Shown here: piece by piece, positions 1-10,228 of the stretch
How positions within the stretch are numbered: position 1 is the first letter of the stretch
Layout: the number at the start of each line of letters is the position of its first letter
Source: a virus
Taxonomy: Duplodnaviria > Caudoviricetes
IMG/VR virus record: IMGVR_UViG_3300031466_000001
Span: 32,001 to 96,000 of that record
DNA: 64,000 bases
Reading direction: 5' to 3' (one strand)
Program-made: the position numbers and the translations under genes
The notes under the pieces: generated by a model
Told to the model about the DNA's origin: nothing
Databases searched by the model: none
What the model saw: only the letters and a program-made list of their open reading frames with translations

Positions 1-594
1 TTCGACGGTGAAAAGAAGAATCAGGGATTCTTTGATTTTATTATTGGCATTAAAACCACCATGCACCCGGTTCCTTCTGATGAAATGATCACGAATGTTG
101 TTGGTGCTTGTCGCAACAACAATAAAATTTTTAATTTCATCCGGTGGACTACTGGTGAAATTAACTTCTTCAAAGACTTCCTCTTTAATATTAAGGAAAT
201 CAAAGATGATGTTTTTAATCGTAGTGCCGGAGCTTCTCCGTGGTGGATTACTCTGAAACGCCGTCGTGCTCTTGCTAAGATGAAACGGCTTACTTTTATG
301 CCGAATCAGCTTCTCCCGAATACAACGATTGTTATCTCCATGGATGAAGTTGAATACATCAAATCCGAGTACGGATTTGACCTCATGAATCCGGCGTTTG
401 TAGATAAAATCATGAAAGAATACTTCCTCCTTTCGTTTGTTGTAGTTGACAATTCGACTCAAATTGCACACTTTATGTTCGATGGACAGACATCTTATCA
501 ATCCATTACGTTCTCTGCTCTTGAAAAGGAAAACACCAATAAAGCAGATCTTAAAGAAGTTCTCAAAATTCTTAATAGGTCTAATATAGTTTGA
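1..594 (+). CDS. Partial (5'-truncated) probable virion structural protein
   Basis: Frame 1 is open from base 1 (FDGEKKNQGFFDF...) to the stop at 594; first gene of a co-oriented head-protein cluster. Confidence 0.6.
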   Translation, partial: FDGEKKNQGFFDFIIGIKTTMHPVPSDEMITNVVGACRNNNKIFNFIRWTTGEINFFKDFLFNIKEIKDDVFNRSAGASPWWITLKRRRALAKMKRLTFMPNQLLPNTTIVISMDEVEYIKSEYGFDLMNPAFVDKIMKEYFLLSFVVVDNSTQIAHFMFDGQTSYQSITFSALEKENTNKADLKEVLKILNRSNIV

Positions 595-617
595 TGGAAA
601 GGATGGGTGAGAAACCG

Positions 618-1616
618 ATGTTCTATACAAATGAAGCAATTAAGATTCTCTTGGAGAATGCGACAACCCTCTCTGAACGCAATGAAATTACTACATTGAC
701 AGAGCAGGAGTCGGTAAAAGTCAATAATGCGATGGTAACCAACCTTTATAAATCTGCGATCGAAAAGGCTCATGTTGATTTCGAAGATATCCCTAACAGC
801 GCTGGTAATATTACCAGATACTCTGGTTACAAATCCTTGATGGAGACCATTGAACTCCTCAAGTCTCTTGCGGCTAAAGGTGGAACTAAAATTCCCGAAC
901 TCGATACTGTTGAACAGGCAATTAGTAATATTATTGCCGGACGAGAAATCTTCGAAAAAGGATTTGTATTTGAAAAAGATTTCATCATTTTGCAGTACAA
1001 CACCCTTGTTTTTGCAGTTGTAGAAGCAGTTTCTATCATTATTTCTTCGTATGTAGATTTTGTTAAGCGTCCAGATAGGGTCGAATTTGTCATTCTTAAA
1101 TCCAAAGACCGCTCTGGTAGCTTAGCGATTAAGAACCTTGAGAAATTCAATGCAGTATTTAAGTCTGGTGAATTCAGTAAGGTAAATAATGCTGTTATCC
1201 AATCTGGACGTGAAAATCTTGTCGGATCGGTTACTGCGACCACCATTACAACACCTATTCTTGTTGTTGCAGGAGCACTCGCAATCGTTCCGATTATTCG
1301 TGAACTCATTTTCTTGTACTACTATTCTCGCATGAGACTGTCTGATTTCCTGGAGCAACAAGCTGCTCTTCTGGAGATTAACAAAACAAATGTACAAGCT
1401 AGCACTTTGCCTGCAGCCAAAAAGAACCAAGTACTTAAGAAACAAGATGAGACAATTAAAAAGCTCCAACAACTGTCAGATAAAGTAAAAGTTAATAGGG
1501 CTACATCCGAACAATCTACAGTTAAAGAAATCAAGAAAGAAAATACTAAATGGACTATCAATGAGGTTAAAACCCAAGCTGCTTCGACAGATACAACAGG
1601 TTTTCAACTTCTTTAA
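618..1616 (+). CDS. Probable virion head protein with hydrophobic segment
   Basis: ATG 618 follows GGGTGA (track start 591); N-terminal ILLE motif resembles a prohead-protease site; hydrophobic stretch PILVVAGALAIVPII. Confidence 0.55.
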   Translation: MFYTNEAIKILLENATTLSERNEITTLTEQESVKVNNAMVTNLYKSAIEKAHVDFEDIPNSAGNITRYSGYKSLMETIELLKSLAAKGGTKIPELDTVEQAISNIIAGREIFEKGFVFEKDFIILQYNTLVFAVVEAVSIIISSYVDFVKRPDRVEFVILKSKDRSGSLAIKNLEKFNAVFKSGEFSKVNNAVIQSGRENLVGSVTATTITTPILVVAGALAIVPIIRELIFLYYYSRMRLSDFLEQQAALLEINKTNVQASTLPAAKKNQVLKKQDETIKKLQQLSDKVKVNRATSEQSTVKEIKKENTKWTINEVKTQAASTDTTGFQLL

Positions 1617-1661
1617 TTTATAAAAACGGGAAAAAATCGTATAATTGAACTGCTAGCACTA

Positions 1662-1673
1662 AACATATTTATA
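1662..1673 (+). promoter_or_regulatory. Late promoter AACA-N6-TA
   Basis: AACA tattta TA upstream of the head-protein gene; matches the AR9 late consensus. Confidence 0.75.
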
Positions 1674-1692
1674 AAAAATTAAGGAAAGAAAG

Positions 1693-2832
1693 GTGAAAAC
1701 TGTGAGTGCTATTTTCGGCAAACAAAAGTCCCAAAATTGGGATGAAGGTTTCGACGTACCGGTTATCGAAGGGTACGATGTTGAAGACAATGGTGATCTG
1801 ATCGCACTTCAGGAATCCTACGACGATCAACTTAGGATCATTCAAAGCCTCCATGCTATTGATACCGAAGTTATTGATTTCAAGAGCGAATATGACTCGC
1901 TTAAAGAATCTGCTTCGGAACATGAACTGGAAACGTTCGTTGAAGAACGTGAAGCAGTTCTCGAAGCTAGCTTCAAGGATGCATGGGAGAAGGTTAAACA
2001 ATTCTTCCAAAATCTTTGGGCAAAGCTCAAATCGTTCATCCTCACGGCTGTACGTTATTTCGACAAGTACTTCCGTAGCTCCAAAACTTTCATCGAAAAG
2101 TATGAGGATGATCTGAAGAAGCTCAACCTTAACGGATTCAAATTCAAGATGTTCGAATATACGAACCTTGAAACCAATCACTTCACCTCCTATAAGGATA
2201 GCCGTGAAGTGAAGAAGCTGTACGATCTGGTATTCTCGACTGCAACCAACGAGAACCTCATCGAGGATCTTCGTGGGGCCGTCAGATCGACCAAAGAAAC
2301 TCGTGAAGAGTATCTCAATGGTAGACGCGGTCAAATGTTTAACAAACCGTTCCTCACTCCGGACGAATATCGTCGTGAGCTCTATGCATTTTTCCGCAAT
2401 GGTGCAGAGAGCCCTGAGGATCGCAAAGAAATCCCGGTTAATATTGACGATGTTATTTCCGGCCTCAAAAACACGTCGTCTCTCAAGAAGAATATCGAAG
2501 AACTTCAAAAGGTTGTCAATAAGGACTTTGCTGAAGTTCTCCGTGACGTTGAAGCTCTCAGGAAGAACCTGATGAGTGCAAAGGCCGGAGAAAATGGCAC
2601 CGAAGTAGCAAACGTGAAGGACACGGATGGCGAAAGAAAGGACGTTGTCCTCTCCGCTGAAAATCGTGGACTGCGTCTTGAAGGTGTTCGGGCGCTGGCT
2701 TCCATGCTTTCTGGTGCACAAGATATTTCTCTCACGTATTTCCGTGCATGGCGCGAAGCTGTGATGGAACGTGACCGTACCTATCGTTCGGTTGTAATGG
2801 CCGCATTCCGCTATAAGCCGGACAAGAAATAA
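1693..2832 (+). CDS. Internal head (ejection-type) protein, paralog 1
   Basis: Acidic propeptide, VLE/A site, then amphipathic helix KDAWEKVKQFFQNLWAKLK typical of phiKZ-like internal head proteins; true start may be GTG 1702 (MSAIFG). Confidence 0.7.
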   Translation: MKTVSAIFGKQKSQNWDEGFDVPVIEGYDVEDNGDLIALQESYDDQLRIIQSLHAIDTEVIDFKSEYDSLKESASEHELETFVEEREAVLEASFKDAWEKVKQFFQNLWAKLKSFILTAVRYFDKYFRSSKTFIEKYEDDLKKLNLNGFKFKMFEYTNLETNHFTSYKDSREVKKLYDLVFSTATNENLIEDLRGAVRSTKETREEYLNGRRGQMFNKPFLTPDEYRRELYAFFRNGAESPEDRKEIPVNIDDVISGLKNTSSLKKNIEELQKVVNKDFAEVLRDVEALRKNLMSAKAGENGTEVANVKDTDGERKDVVLSAENRGLRLEGVRALASMLSGAQDISLTYFRAWREAVMERDRTYRSVVMAAFRYKPDKK

Positions 2833-2889
2833 TATCACATTATAAAATTAACGACAGTATGTCGGATTAAATAAAGGAGGAAAAGGAAA

Positions 2890-4032
2890 ATGTCGATTAT
2901 CTTTGGTAGTCGTCAAAGACCGTCTGCTGATGAGGCGGTCCTTGAATCTCTCAATACCATTAAAACCGGCTTCATCGATGAAACTCCGGCCGGTCTGCAG
3001 CAAATTGTTACCGAATCTGCTGAAGAAATGTACCGTCTGTCCGGAAGTCTGTATATTTCCGACGTCATGATTACCGAGTCCGTTGTTATGGAAGGGGCTC
3101 AATTGGAACCCTTGGTTGAAAATTTCGTAAAGAACACCTGGGACAAACTGAAAGAAGTTTTCATGAAGCTTTGGGCAAAGCTTCGTGAGTGGTTCAACAA
3201 GGTCAAAACTTTCCTGAAGCGCGTGTTCCTGAGTGGCGAAAAATTCATCAAGGAATTTGGTGAAATTATTCGCAGCAAGAGCGACGAAGGCTTTACTTAT
3301 ACTGGCTATCAGTACAATGTAGATGCCGGTGATAAAGCTGTCGACGCAAAACGTCGTATTATCGACGGCTTCCTCGCTGAACAAATCAAGTTTGAAATCA
3401 GCGACGCTCAGAAAGAAGTAATCGGTATTAACACCGATGGTGAAGGTCAAGAAGGTTCTATCCGTAAGAATGCGGCTACGCTGGACCAAGATAAACTGAA
3501 GACCGATCTCCGCAAGAGCCTGGGTGATGAAAACTTCACCGAAGTTCTCAAGGAAATTCGTCTTATTTATCGTGGCGGCAAAGATGAGCCGGTTGAAATC
3601 AAGGGTATTGACAAAGACCGGATGATCAACTTTATCCAAAAGAATGCAAGCAGCGTTAAAGAAATTGAAGAAAGACAAAAACGTATGGATGCTGACTTCA
3701 AGCAAGTCTTGGGAGCTATCGACAAAGCTCGTTCCAAGATTCAATCCAACAAAGAACTCAGCGAAGCTGAGAAGGCTAAGCTGACCACGTATGCTACGAC
3801 CAAGTATCGCGTAGCTCACTACGCACTGGGTCTGCAACAATCGCTGACCTCGGTCACGGTTGACATGTATCGTGAAGTGGCGTCGAAGTATGAGTCGGTT
3901 CTCAAATCTTTCCTCCGATTCAAACCGGCTAAAGAAAGCTACGGTTTTGACAATGAGGAAGAAGAAAATGCATCGGCTCAACAACATTCGACTTCTCAAT
4001 CCATTCTGGAATCGGCCGCTAAGTGGCTGTAA
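2890..4032 (+). CDS. Internal head protein, paralog 2
   Basis: MSIIFG N-terminus, LVE/N site, helix KNTWDKLKEVFMKLWAKLREWF; strong RBS AAGGAGG. Confidence 0.7.
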   Translation: MSIIFGSRQRPSADEAVLESLNTIKTGFIDETPAGLQQIVTESAEEMYRLSGSLYISDVMITESVVMEGAQLEPLVENFVKNTWDKLKEVFMKLWAKLREWFNKVKTFLKRVFLSGEKFIKEFGEIIRSKSDEGFTYTGYQYNVDAGDKAVDAKRRIIDGFLAEQIKFEISDAQKEVIGINTDGEGQEGSIRKNAATLDQDKLKTDLRKSLGDENFTEVLKEIRLIYRGGKDEPVEIKGIDKDRMINFIQKNASSVKEIEERQKRMDADFKQVLGAIDKARSKIQSNKELSEAEKAKLTTYATTKYRVAHYALGLQQSLTSVTVDMYREVASKYESVLKSFLRFKPAKESYGFDNEEEENASAQQHSTSQSILESAAKWL

Positions 4033-4043
4033 TACCTGAACCC

Positions 4044-4087
4044 AAAGTACACTAGATGACTTAAATTGTCATCTAGTGTACTTTTTT
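4044..4087 (+). terminator. Rho-independent terminator
   Basis: Perfect inverted repeat AAGTACACTAGATGAC/GTCATCTAGTGTACTT plus T-tract. Confidence 0.85.
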
Positions 4088-4094
4088 CTGTTTA

Positions 4095-4106
4095 AACAGA
4101 ATATTA
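4095..4106 (+). promoter_or_regulatory. Late promoter AACA-N6-TA
   Basis: AACA gaatat TA. Confidence 0.75.
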
Positions 4107-4133
4107 ATAATTCGTTAGAGGGAGTGTATTAAG

Positions 4134-5213
4134 ATGATCATTAATGAACCTATTTTTGGAAGGAAACCAGTCGAGGTTTCTAGGATTTCTTATGAAGACG
4201 ATGATTTTAATGCAACTAGCTCGATGCTGGAAGCTTTGATTCCTTTGGAAGAATCCTTTATGGAAATTACCAGGGAGCAAATCGAAGCAATGTACTATGG
4301 AATTATTGATGATAATATTGAGATTTTAGAAGAGGGTCTTGGGGATACATTGGTAAAGGCAGCAGGATTTTTCATCAATTTAGTTAAAAAATTTGTCGGC
4401 CTCCTCAAGAAAATTTTCATGGTGATTAGAGCATTTATTGGAAATTTCGAAAATTTCATCAAAAAATATAAGAAAAAAATCGAAGAAGCTAATCCCGATT
4501 TTACAATTAAAGGGTATAACTACGACTTCGAGGCGAGTATCCCTCGAACGGATAGAGTATCTGCTATTGTTCAGCATTTTAATAACGAACTTAGCTCTAT
4601 TGATAAGATGAGTAAAGAAGATATTGCAAAAGAAAGAGAAGAATTCATTAGTGATCACACTTTGAATAAAATTAGGGGCGAAGTTATTGGTGCAGGTGGT
4701 CCTGTCACCAAAGAAGATTATGTTTCGGAATTGAAAAAGAAATATCGTAGCGGAACCACAGATCCTATTGAGATTAAAGTCGATAAAGCATATCTCAATA
4801 AAGTATTAAATGGTTATTCGGATCTTAAGAAGGTTCTGAATGATACAGTTAAAGAACAAGACAGAATTGTCCTTTTGATCAATAGTATGAAAACGTTCTT
4901 TGAACGCGGTGTTAAATACTCTAGATCTGGAAATCTGACCACTGTACAGGCACATAAAATTGATTTTAATGAAAGTAAATCCGGTGTAAATAAATCGGAA
5001 ACTATTGCGGCAGAGGGAACTACGGAAAACTATGAAAAGCTCAATGTCTTCTATAACTTTAAATTCTATCAAGCTAAAGAAATTGGATCTATTGTAACAA
5101 TTGCACTGGTTCAAAAGGTTGACGCACTTAAAGAGGCTCTGAAACAATATGAGGGTGTGGTTCGTAAAGCTGTTTTTACTAAGAGTGATCCGGTAAAATC
5201 CGTAGAAAAATAA
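4134..5213 (+). CDS. Internal head protein, paralog 3
   Basis: EPIFG motif, ILEE/G site, amphipathic helix FFINLVKKFVGLLKKIF; shares the F-x-x-x-GYxY motif with paralog 2. Confidence 0.65.
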   Translation: MIINEPIFGRKPVEVSRISYEDDDFNATSSMLEALIPLEESFMEITREQIEAMYYGIIDDNIEILEEGLGDTLVKAAGFFINLVKKFVGLLKKIFMVIRAFIGNFENFIKKYKKKIEEANPDFTIKGYNYDFEASIPRTDRVSAIVQHFNNELSSIDKMSKEDIAKEREEFISDHTLNKIRGEVIGAGGPVTKEDYVSELKKKYRSGTTDPIEIKVDKAYLNKVLNGYSDLKKVLNDTVKEQDRIVLLINSMKTFFERGVKYSRSGNLTTVQAHKIDFNESKSGVNKSETIAAEGTTENYEKLNVFYNFKFYQAKEIGSIVTIALVQKVDALKEALKQYEGVVRKAVFTKSDPVKSVEK

Positions 5214-5235
5214 GTGGGAAAATGGAGGGTAATAT

Positions 5236-6402
5236 ATGGATTATACGATTGATGCTCTCAATCATAGTCTGGAACTCAATAGTAGTCTTTCCGAAGCTCT
5301 TATTGAAGGGTATATGCAAATTTATAAGCAATTCACAGGTGTAGTTGAATCATATGTGTATCTGCTTGAAGCGGCAGAGGGAAACAATAATCAGAACCAG
5401 AATGCAGTTCGTACCGGTGTCAAAAAATTTAGTGTTAGAAATATCGTTGAAAAAATTAAGGAATTTTTTAAACGTATTCTTGGCACGTTTAAAGAGAAAG
5501 CACGAGCAATTGCAAAGAAGAATGAGAATTGGCTCGATTCGAATAAACAGGTTTTTGAAACCATGAGCTACGATGGTCTGCAAATTGAGATGATTCCTTT
5601 TTGGGAAATGGACCCTAGGACTATTGTCAATACGGTAAAAAATAGCGTCAATTTTGTTGCGAATGTTGTAAATGGTAATAAATTTGAAGAAAAATATAAA
5701 AATATTGAAACGGTTAAAAAAGAGCTGTTTGATTTTTATCTTGATGAGAAAGGTAATATTTCTAATGGTGCGAAGAACTATTTCAGGATTGGTAAAAGTA
5801 AAAACTCTGATGTTAAACCTGTAAGACTCGCTGGTGATGATCTTAAGAGAAGAATCCTTAACAATTTTTACCCGTACTGTAAAACGTATGAAACTGATAT
5901 TGTTAATAATTTGACCAATGCAATCAATACTTTAAATAATAGAATGGATGCTATTATTAACAGATTGGGCGGCGACAATGAAGCCACAGCAACAAAAGAA
6001 TCTTTTGTTGACGATGGTTTTATCAACGTTCTCGATTTTTCTATTCTGCTTGAGGCTGAAAGACCTGCCGCGAATGCTCAAAATAACAATAATAACCAGA
6101 ATAAATCTACAAATGATCAAGATGATAAACCTTCTCCTACAGAAGTAAAATTACAAGATAATTCAAATAATGCCGAAACCAAAGTTCGGAATGCTATTTC
6201 TGACATGTCTAGTAATAATCTGACAATTGTTAAAAATATTCTCCAATGTGAGCAAATTGTCATTGCAGCGGCTCTGACTGCCGCTGAGGAACGTTTTAAC
6301 GCATACATGAACGCAATGAGACAAATTCACGAAGCTAGGAAAGATACAGCACAATCTCAGCAGCAAGGAGAAGGAAACAATCAGAACAACCAAAAGAAAT
6401 AA
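5236..6402 (+). CDS. Internal head protein, paralog 4
   Basis: LLE/A sites, helix NIVEKIKEFFKRILGTF, N/Q-rich linkers. Confidence 0.6.
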   Translation: MDYTIDALNHSLELNSSLSEALIEGYMQIYKQFTGVVESYVYLLEAAEGNNNQNQNAVRTGVKKFSVRNIVEKIKEFFKRILGTFKEKARAIAKKNENWLDSNKQVFETMSYDGLQIEMIPFWEMDPRTIVNTVKNSVNFVANVVNGNKFEEKYKNIETVKKELFDFYLDEKGNISNGAKNYFRIGKSKNSDVKPVRLAGDDLKRRILNNFYPYCKTYETDIVNNLTNAINTLNNRMDAIINRLGGDNEATATKESFVDDGFINVLDFSILLEAERPAANAQNNNNNQNKSTNDQDDKPSPTEVKLQDNSNNAETKVRNAISDMSSNNLTIVKNILQCEQIVIAAALTAAEERFNAYMNAMRQIHEARKDTAQSQQQGEGNNQNNQKK

Positions 6403-6403
6403 A

Positions 6404-6451
6404 AAGTTAGATATGAGAGGTAAAATCCTCTCATATCTAACTTATTTTTTT
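6404..6451. terminator. Bidirectional terminator
   Basis: AAGTTAGATATGAGAGG/CCTCTCATATCTAACTT inverted repeat between convergent genes. Confidence 0.85.
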
Positions 6452-7693
6452 GAAGAGAGCCGATGCACTGATTGCGAAAGCCTCACCTTGTTTTGTGAAA
6501 GTAAAAACAGATCTCGACAGTCTATAGTTACCTCCACGAGTACTAGAGATGGATTTGTCCTCAAAGGTGAACACAAATTCTTTGTTGGGAGTAATTGCAT
6601 CTATATCAAAGTCGCCCATTGTTACTTCAATAATGTTTTTCATTTCCTCACGCCTTAATCTTTGTGAGGTTCGGATGAATACATTATTATATTTATCAAC
6701 CATCACGCGATAGCTTCCTTCTCCGCGCTCATAAGTTTCAGCTTTATGCATATTTACCGCACCAGTTACAGGGTCAACGAAATAAATATTATTACCTTCG
6801 ATGTGGTCTGCAGTAAATGAGGGACTTTTCATAACTATGCCGCCTGGAAAGATGTTGATATAATATGTTTTTTGATTTTCGTCATTAAATAGACCGGGTG
6901 AAAGATTATCTGGGTTAGTGTCATATTTGACGTTAAAAACAGTCTTTTTATATTCTCCTTTAGCCCAAGCTTTACATTTACCACTGTAGTCAATCATATA
7001 GGTTCTATCTAAATCAAAAAAAGCAAGTAGTCCCGCATAAAAAAATCCATATTGATTTTCCAAATACTCCAAATTACCAAGTAACGTAAATGGAGGTAAT
7101 AAGACATCTTTGTAGGATCTTTTATTGTCAAGAGGAGCGAGAAGTATATTTTTAATTCCTGCTGTAGCCAAGCAGTATGTCAGGGCCCCAGTCATAGTAA
7201 CTGGTCCAATGACGTTATTTATGATTTTTTTTGAATTGGTAAGGTCAGATTCTTTGAATAAAAATAATGTGAACTCCTTACCGCCAACATCCTGTGGGGC
7301 AGACCCTTCACCCAGCATACTTTTTGTTCTTTCGTACATCTGTTTTTCGATAAACGGTGTATTTTCATCTAAAAAAATAGTGAAAATATCATTAAAGACA
7401 TCCTTTTTAAATGGAGGAGTTGAACTATTGGGGTCGTAAATATATTTTTGCATTCTAAATCTAAATTTAACACTATCTTTATTTTCTACGATCCGGAAAT
7501 ATAAATCAGATGTCAACATAACCTTTACTGCTAAAATAGGAAAGTAATCAACATCAAAGTCTTTCTCGATCATTACTGAATTGACCATTGAAGGAGGAAT
7601 GACCACAGGTTGATCATCCCCCTCAAAAAGAACGTTAAAGGATTCTACTGTATAGCGATAGAATCTCTGGTTAAGAGGAGTTATATTCGCCAC
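6437..7693 (-). CDS. Probable baseplate hub/tail structural protein
   Basis: 418 aa, beta-rich; N-terminal 'VMIEKDFDVDYFPIL' and C-terminal 'GNYRLSRSVFTF' resemble gp27-like hub patterns (inference). Confidence 0.45.
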   Translation of the reverse strand: MANITPLNQRFYRYTVESFNVLFEGDDQPVVIPPSMVNSVMIEKDFDVDYFPILAVKVMLTSDLYFRIVENKDSVKFRFRMQKYIYDPNSSTPPFKKDVFNDIFTIFLDENTPFIEKQMYERTKSMLGEGSAPQDVGGKEFTLFLFKESDLTNSKKIINNVIGPVTMTGALTYCLATAGIKNILLAPLDNKRSYKDVLLPPFTLLGNLEYLENQYGFFYAGLLAFFDLDRTYMIDYSGKCKAWAKGEYKKTVFNVKYDTNPDNLSPGLFNDENQKTYYINIFPGGIVMKSPSFTADHIEGNNIYFVDPVTGAVNMHKAETYERGEGSYRVMVDKYNNVFIRTSQRLRREEMKNIIEVTMGDFDIDAITPNKEFVFTFEDKSISSTRGGNYRLSRSVFTFTKQGEAFAISASALFKKIS

Positions 7694-7891
7694 TTAATTA
7701 ACACCCCCGCAAACCACTTCAGGTAAATATCATAGATACTTTCAAGTATCACGAAGATGATGAGAACTACCGCGAATATTATTATCAATGTAGGTAGATT
7801 TACATCTTTCTTCAAAAGATAAATAGATTAACTTATATAAGAGATAGCATAATGTCAGCGTGACTATTACATCTAATAAGAGAGCGAGCAT
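7681..7891 (-). pseudogene. Small two-TM membrane protein split by a 1-nt frameshift
   Basis: RBS GGAGG and ATG 7891 give MLALLLDVIVTLTLCYLLYKL (stop at 7742); the +1 frame carries a second TM, LKKDVNLPTLIIIFAVVLIIFVILESIY...KWRI* (7681). Confidence 0.55.
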
Positions 7892-7912
7892 TTTTTATAC
7901 CTCCCTAGTTAT

Positions 7913-9019
7913 TTATTGTAAAAATATATCTTTTTTCGGTCCTTTTAATAGTTTGTTTGCCTCGGTCAATTCAATCAAGTGAATAGGATAAAGTCTGAAG
8001 AATTGATCGTTCAATCTTTTGAGAGAAACATTGTCGAATTTATCCTTTATTTGAGATAAAATGTTGTGTTTTACTCTAATATTTAGTCTCATGTATTGAG
8101 CATCAACATCAGTACATAGGTAATTTGTACGTAAGATAGGTATATAATCAGACCTAACTATCTTTTCCAGAAGGTTTATATTGGTAACATCTTTACTTAT
8201 TAGATTTTCCTCAATTGCTTTATTTAAAATCTTGAGAATTCCTCCAACTCCAACACCTTTCAATTTCCCAATGTTTCTATATTTATCACCCGTCAGAGAA
8301 AGAATGAAGGGAAGGAAGTTGCTACCAACTTCGATTTCATTAAGCAGTTTTTCTTCTAATTTAATCATTCTTATTGCATTTTCTTTAGATAGTAAATAAC
8401 TATCGTTTTGCTTTGGACGAAGGATGTAACACAATTTATTTACATACTGATATTCATATCTATCAGTAGTTAGAATGAAGTTTAATGAATCGCTTTTATT
8501 TTCTTCTATAATTAATTTTGGAACTACCGACGGTTCGACTGTATCGGATGTTATAAAATACACACCCTCTACATACTCTAGTATTGTTTTGACGTGATCT
8601 ATTGCATACTCAATAGTTTTAGACAAGTGAAAGTTTTTCCTATCCTTGGTGTATTTATGTTTATATTCCGAACGATAATCCGGAATAATTTCTTGATTGA
8701 GGTAATTCGTATTGAACGGGTAACCCATATACACATAGATCTTTGAATAAAGTTTATTCTTAGTAAAGTACATGCGATAGTGGCTAATAAGATTAATTAT
8801 TTCAGCAATCATTTCATATATTTTCTCCGAGTTTCGCACCTTAAGATACTCATCTATATTCGAAGCAGAAAGTTTCTTTAGTACTGATTCAAAGTTGATA
8901 AAAAAATTAACCCTAGATTTAGGGTTAATTTCTTTGCAATACTTCATGATAAGCTCATCTAACTTCACATATTTAATTTTGAACAAGTTGAATATGATTC
9001 CAAGATCAACTCCGCTCAT
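7913..9019 (-). CDS. 5'-3' exonuclease / RNase H (T4 RNase H/FEN-like)
   Basis: ILTTDR motif and H3TH motif LTGDKYRNIGKLKGVG. Confidence 0.75.
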   Translation of the reverse strand: MSGVDLGIIFNLFKIKYVKLDELIMKYCKEINPKSRVNFFINFESVLKKLSASNIDEYLKVRNSEKIYEMIAEIINLISHYRMYFTKNKLYSKIYVYMGYPFNTNYLNQEIIPDYRSEYKHKYTKDRKNFHLSKTIEYAIDHVKTILEYVEGVYFITSDTVEPSVVPKLIIEENKSDSLNFILTTDRYEYQYVNKLCYILRPKQNDSYLLSKENAIRMIKLEEKLLNEIEVGSNFLPFILSLTGDKYRNIGKLKGVGVGGILKILNKAIEENLISKDVTNINLLEKIVRSDYIPILRTNYLCTDVDAQYMRLNIRVKHNILSQIKDKFDNVSLKRLNDQFFRLYPIHLIELTEANKLLKGPKKDIFLQ

Positions 9020-9023
9020 ATTA

Positions 9024-9347
9024 TTATGACACTCCTTGTTGTTCCTGACGAATTTTAATCGCTTTTTCAATGATCTTTACACGCTCATCCGTTTCATTAA
9101 GAGAGTTCTCAACTCTTTTTAGAAAATCCAATGACTCACGGCGAAGATGTTCAGCCTTATCGACATTTTCCTTAGATTTAGCAAGAATTTCTACAGCATC
9201 ATCATTAAATTTTTTAGCTTTGGCAGATTCCTTTTTACCCATTTCAAAATAAATTTTACTTTGACGCAAATTCCAAATTGAAAATGCCAAAAAAGCAGAT
9301 GAGCAAATAAACAGAATGATCGAAATTACCATGATGAATTCTTTCAT
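9024..9347 (-). CDS. Membrane-anchored coiled-coil hypothetical protein
   Basis: N-terminal TM helix, RBS GGAGA, early promoter upstream. Confidence 0.6.
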   Translation of the reverse strand: MKEFIMVISIILFICSSAFLAFSIWNLRQSKIYFEMGKKESAKAKKFNDDAVEILAKSKENVDKAEHLRRESLDFLKRVENSLNETDERVKIIEKAIKIRQEQQGVS

Positions 9348-9380
9348 TATAACCATCTCCTTATTATTTATTACAATGAT

Positions 9381-9389
9381 ATAATATAT
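9381..9389 (-). promoter_or_regulatory. Early promoter motif ATATATTAT
   Basis: Recurrent motif upstream of non-structural genes; resembles phiKZ/AR9 early consensus TATATTA(C/T). Confidence 0.65.
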
Positions 9390-9427
9390 ATTTATATAGT
9401 AGTTCATGTGCATTTACGAAAGAAAAA

Positions 9428-9471
9428 ATAAAGTGATATCCATAGTAGAGATCCTATGGATATCACTTTAT
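9428..9471 (-). terminator. Rho-independent terminator
   Basis: ATAAAGTGATATCCATAG/CTATGGATATCACTTTAT inverted repeat. Confidence 0.8.
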
Positions 9472-9474
9472 CTA

Positions 9475-9783
9475 TTATTCCATTAATTCTGTGTAAACGT
9501 ATGAGATTTGATTTGAATTGGGAATACTACGCTTTTCAATCCTCTTGATTTTAAACATGATTTTATCTTTGGGAGCTCTAGGAGTAATTTTTGTTTTACT
9601 AAAAAGTTCTATTTTCACAATATCATCAGGCTTGGTAGCATTTCCCAACCTATTACTTATTACCATACCATGCTTGATAAATCTTTTTATGAGCCAAAAT
9701 TCCCGTCTAATCTTTCCAGATCCTCCACCATATTTACTATGGACTCTATCATTGATTGTGATTTTCATATACATGTTTATCAT
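9475..9783 (-). CDS. Hypothetical protein
   Basis: ORF with RBS in a tightly packed minus-strand operon. Confidence 0.5.
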   Translation of the reverse strand: MINMYMKITINDRVHSKYGGGSGKIRREFWLIKRFIKHGMVISNRLGNATKPDDIVKIELFSKTKITPRAPKDKIMFKIKRIEKRSIPNSNQISYVYTELME

Positions 9784-10204
9784 CTCCTAATATGTGTTTG
9801 GTTATTTCCCACAGAGCATCACACAATTCCACGTTAGATGATTCATATGTTTGGTCAGTTGTACCGATAAGGGTGATTTTTGGATTCCAGATAATACCAT
9901 CTTTAGCCTCATGTCGAGTGATAATTAAGGTTGAGGAAAATTCAGAAATAAACTCGATCATTTGACCAATAGTTAGGAGTGGAAGGGCTTCACACTCGTT
10001 AAAATGATTGAATAATTCGGAAGGTTTGTTATCTAAGAAGTAATCTCCATAGTATGCAGTTTTACAAAGTTCTCCTCTGTCGAAATAAATGTATTGATCC
10101 AATAATCTTACTTTATTAGGATAATACCAGTTTCGTAAATTTATTTTTTGTTCGTCACTCAATTCACCAAATTGCTCAGGATAGATTCTTTGTCTCAAAT
10201 GCAT
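9749..10204 (-). CDS. Hypothetical protein
   Basis: RBS GGGGAG; 'LPLLTIGQMIEFI...ELCDALWE' motif seen in Firmicutes phage proteins. Confidence 0.6.
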   Translation of the reverse strand: MHLRQRIYPEQFGELSDEQKINLRNWYYPNKVRLLDQYIYFDRGELCKTAYYGDYFLDNKPSELFNHFNECEALPLLTIGQMIEFISEFSSTLIITRHEAKDGIIWNPKITLIGTTDQTYESSNVELCDALWEITKHILGDDKHVYENHNQ

Positions 10205-10228
10205 TTAAATCTCCCCTACAATGATTTT

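Noticed and set aside
1669-3999. Long antisense ORFs (1669..2838, 2848..3999)
   Set aside because: Shadows of codon-biased sense genes; no RBS or recognisable motifs
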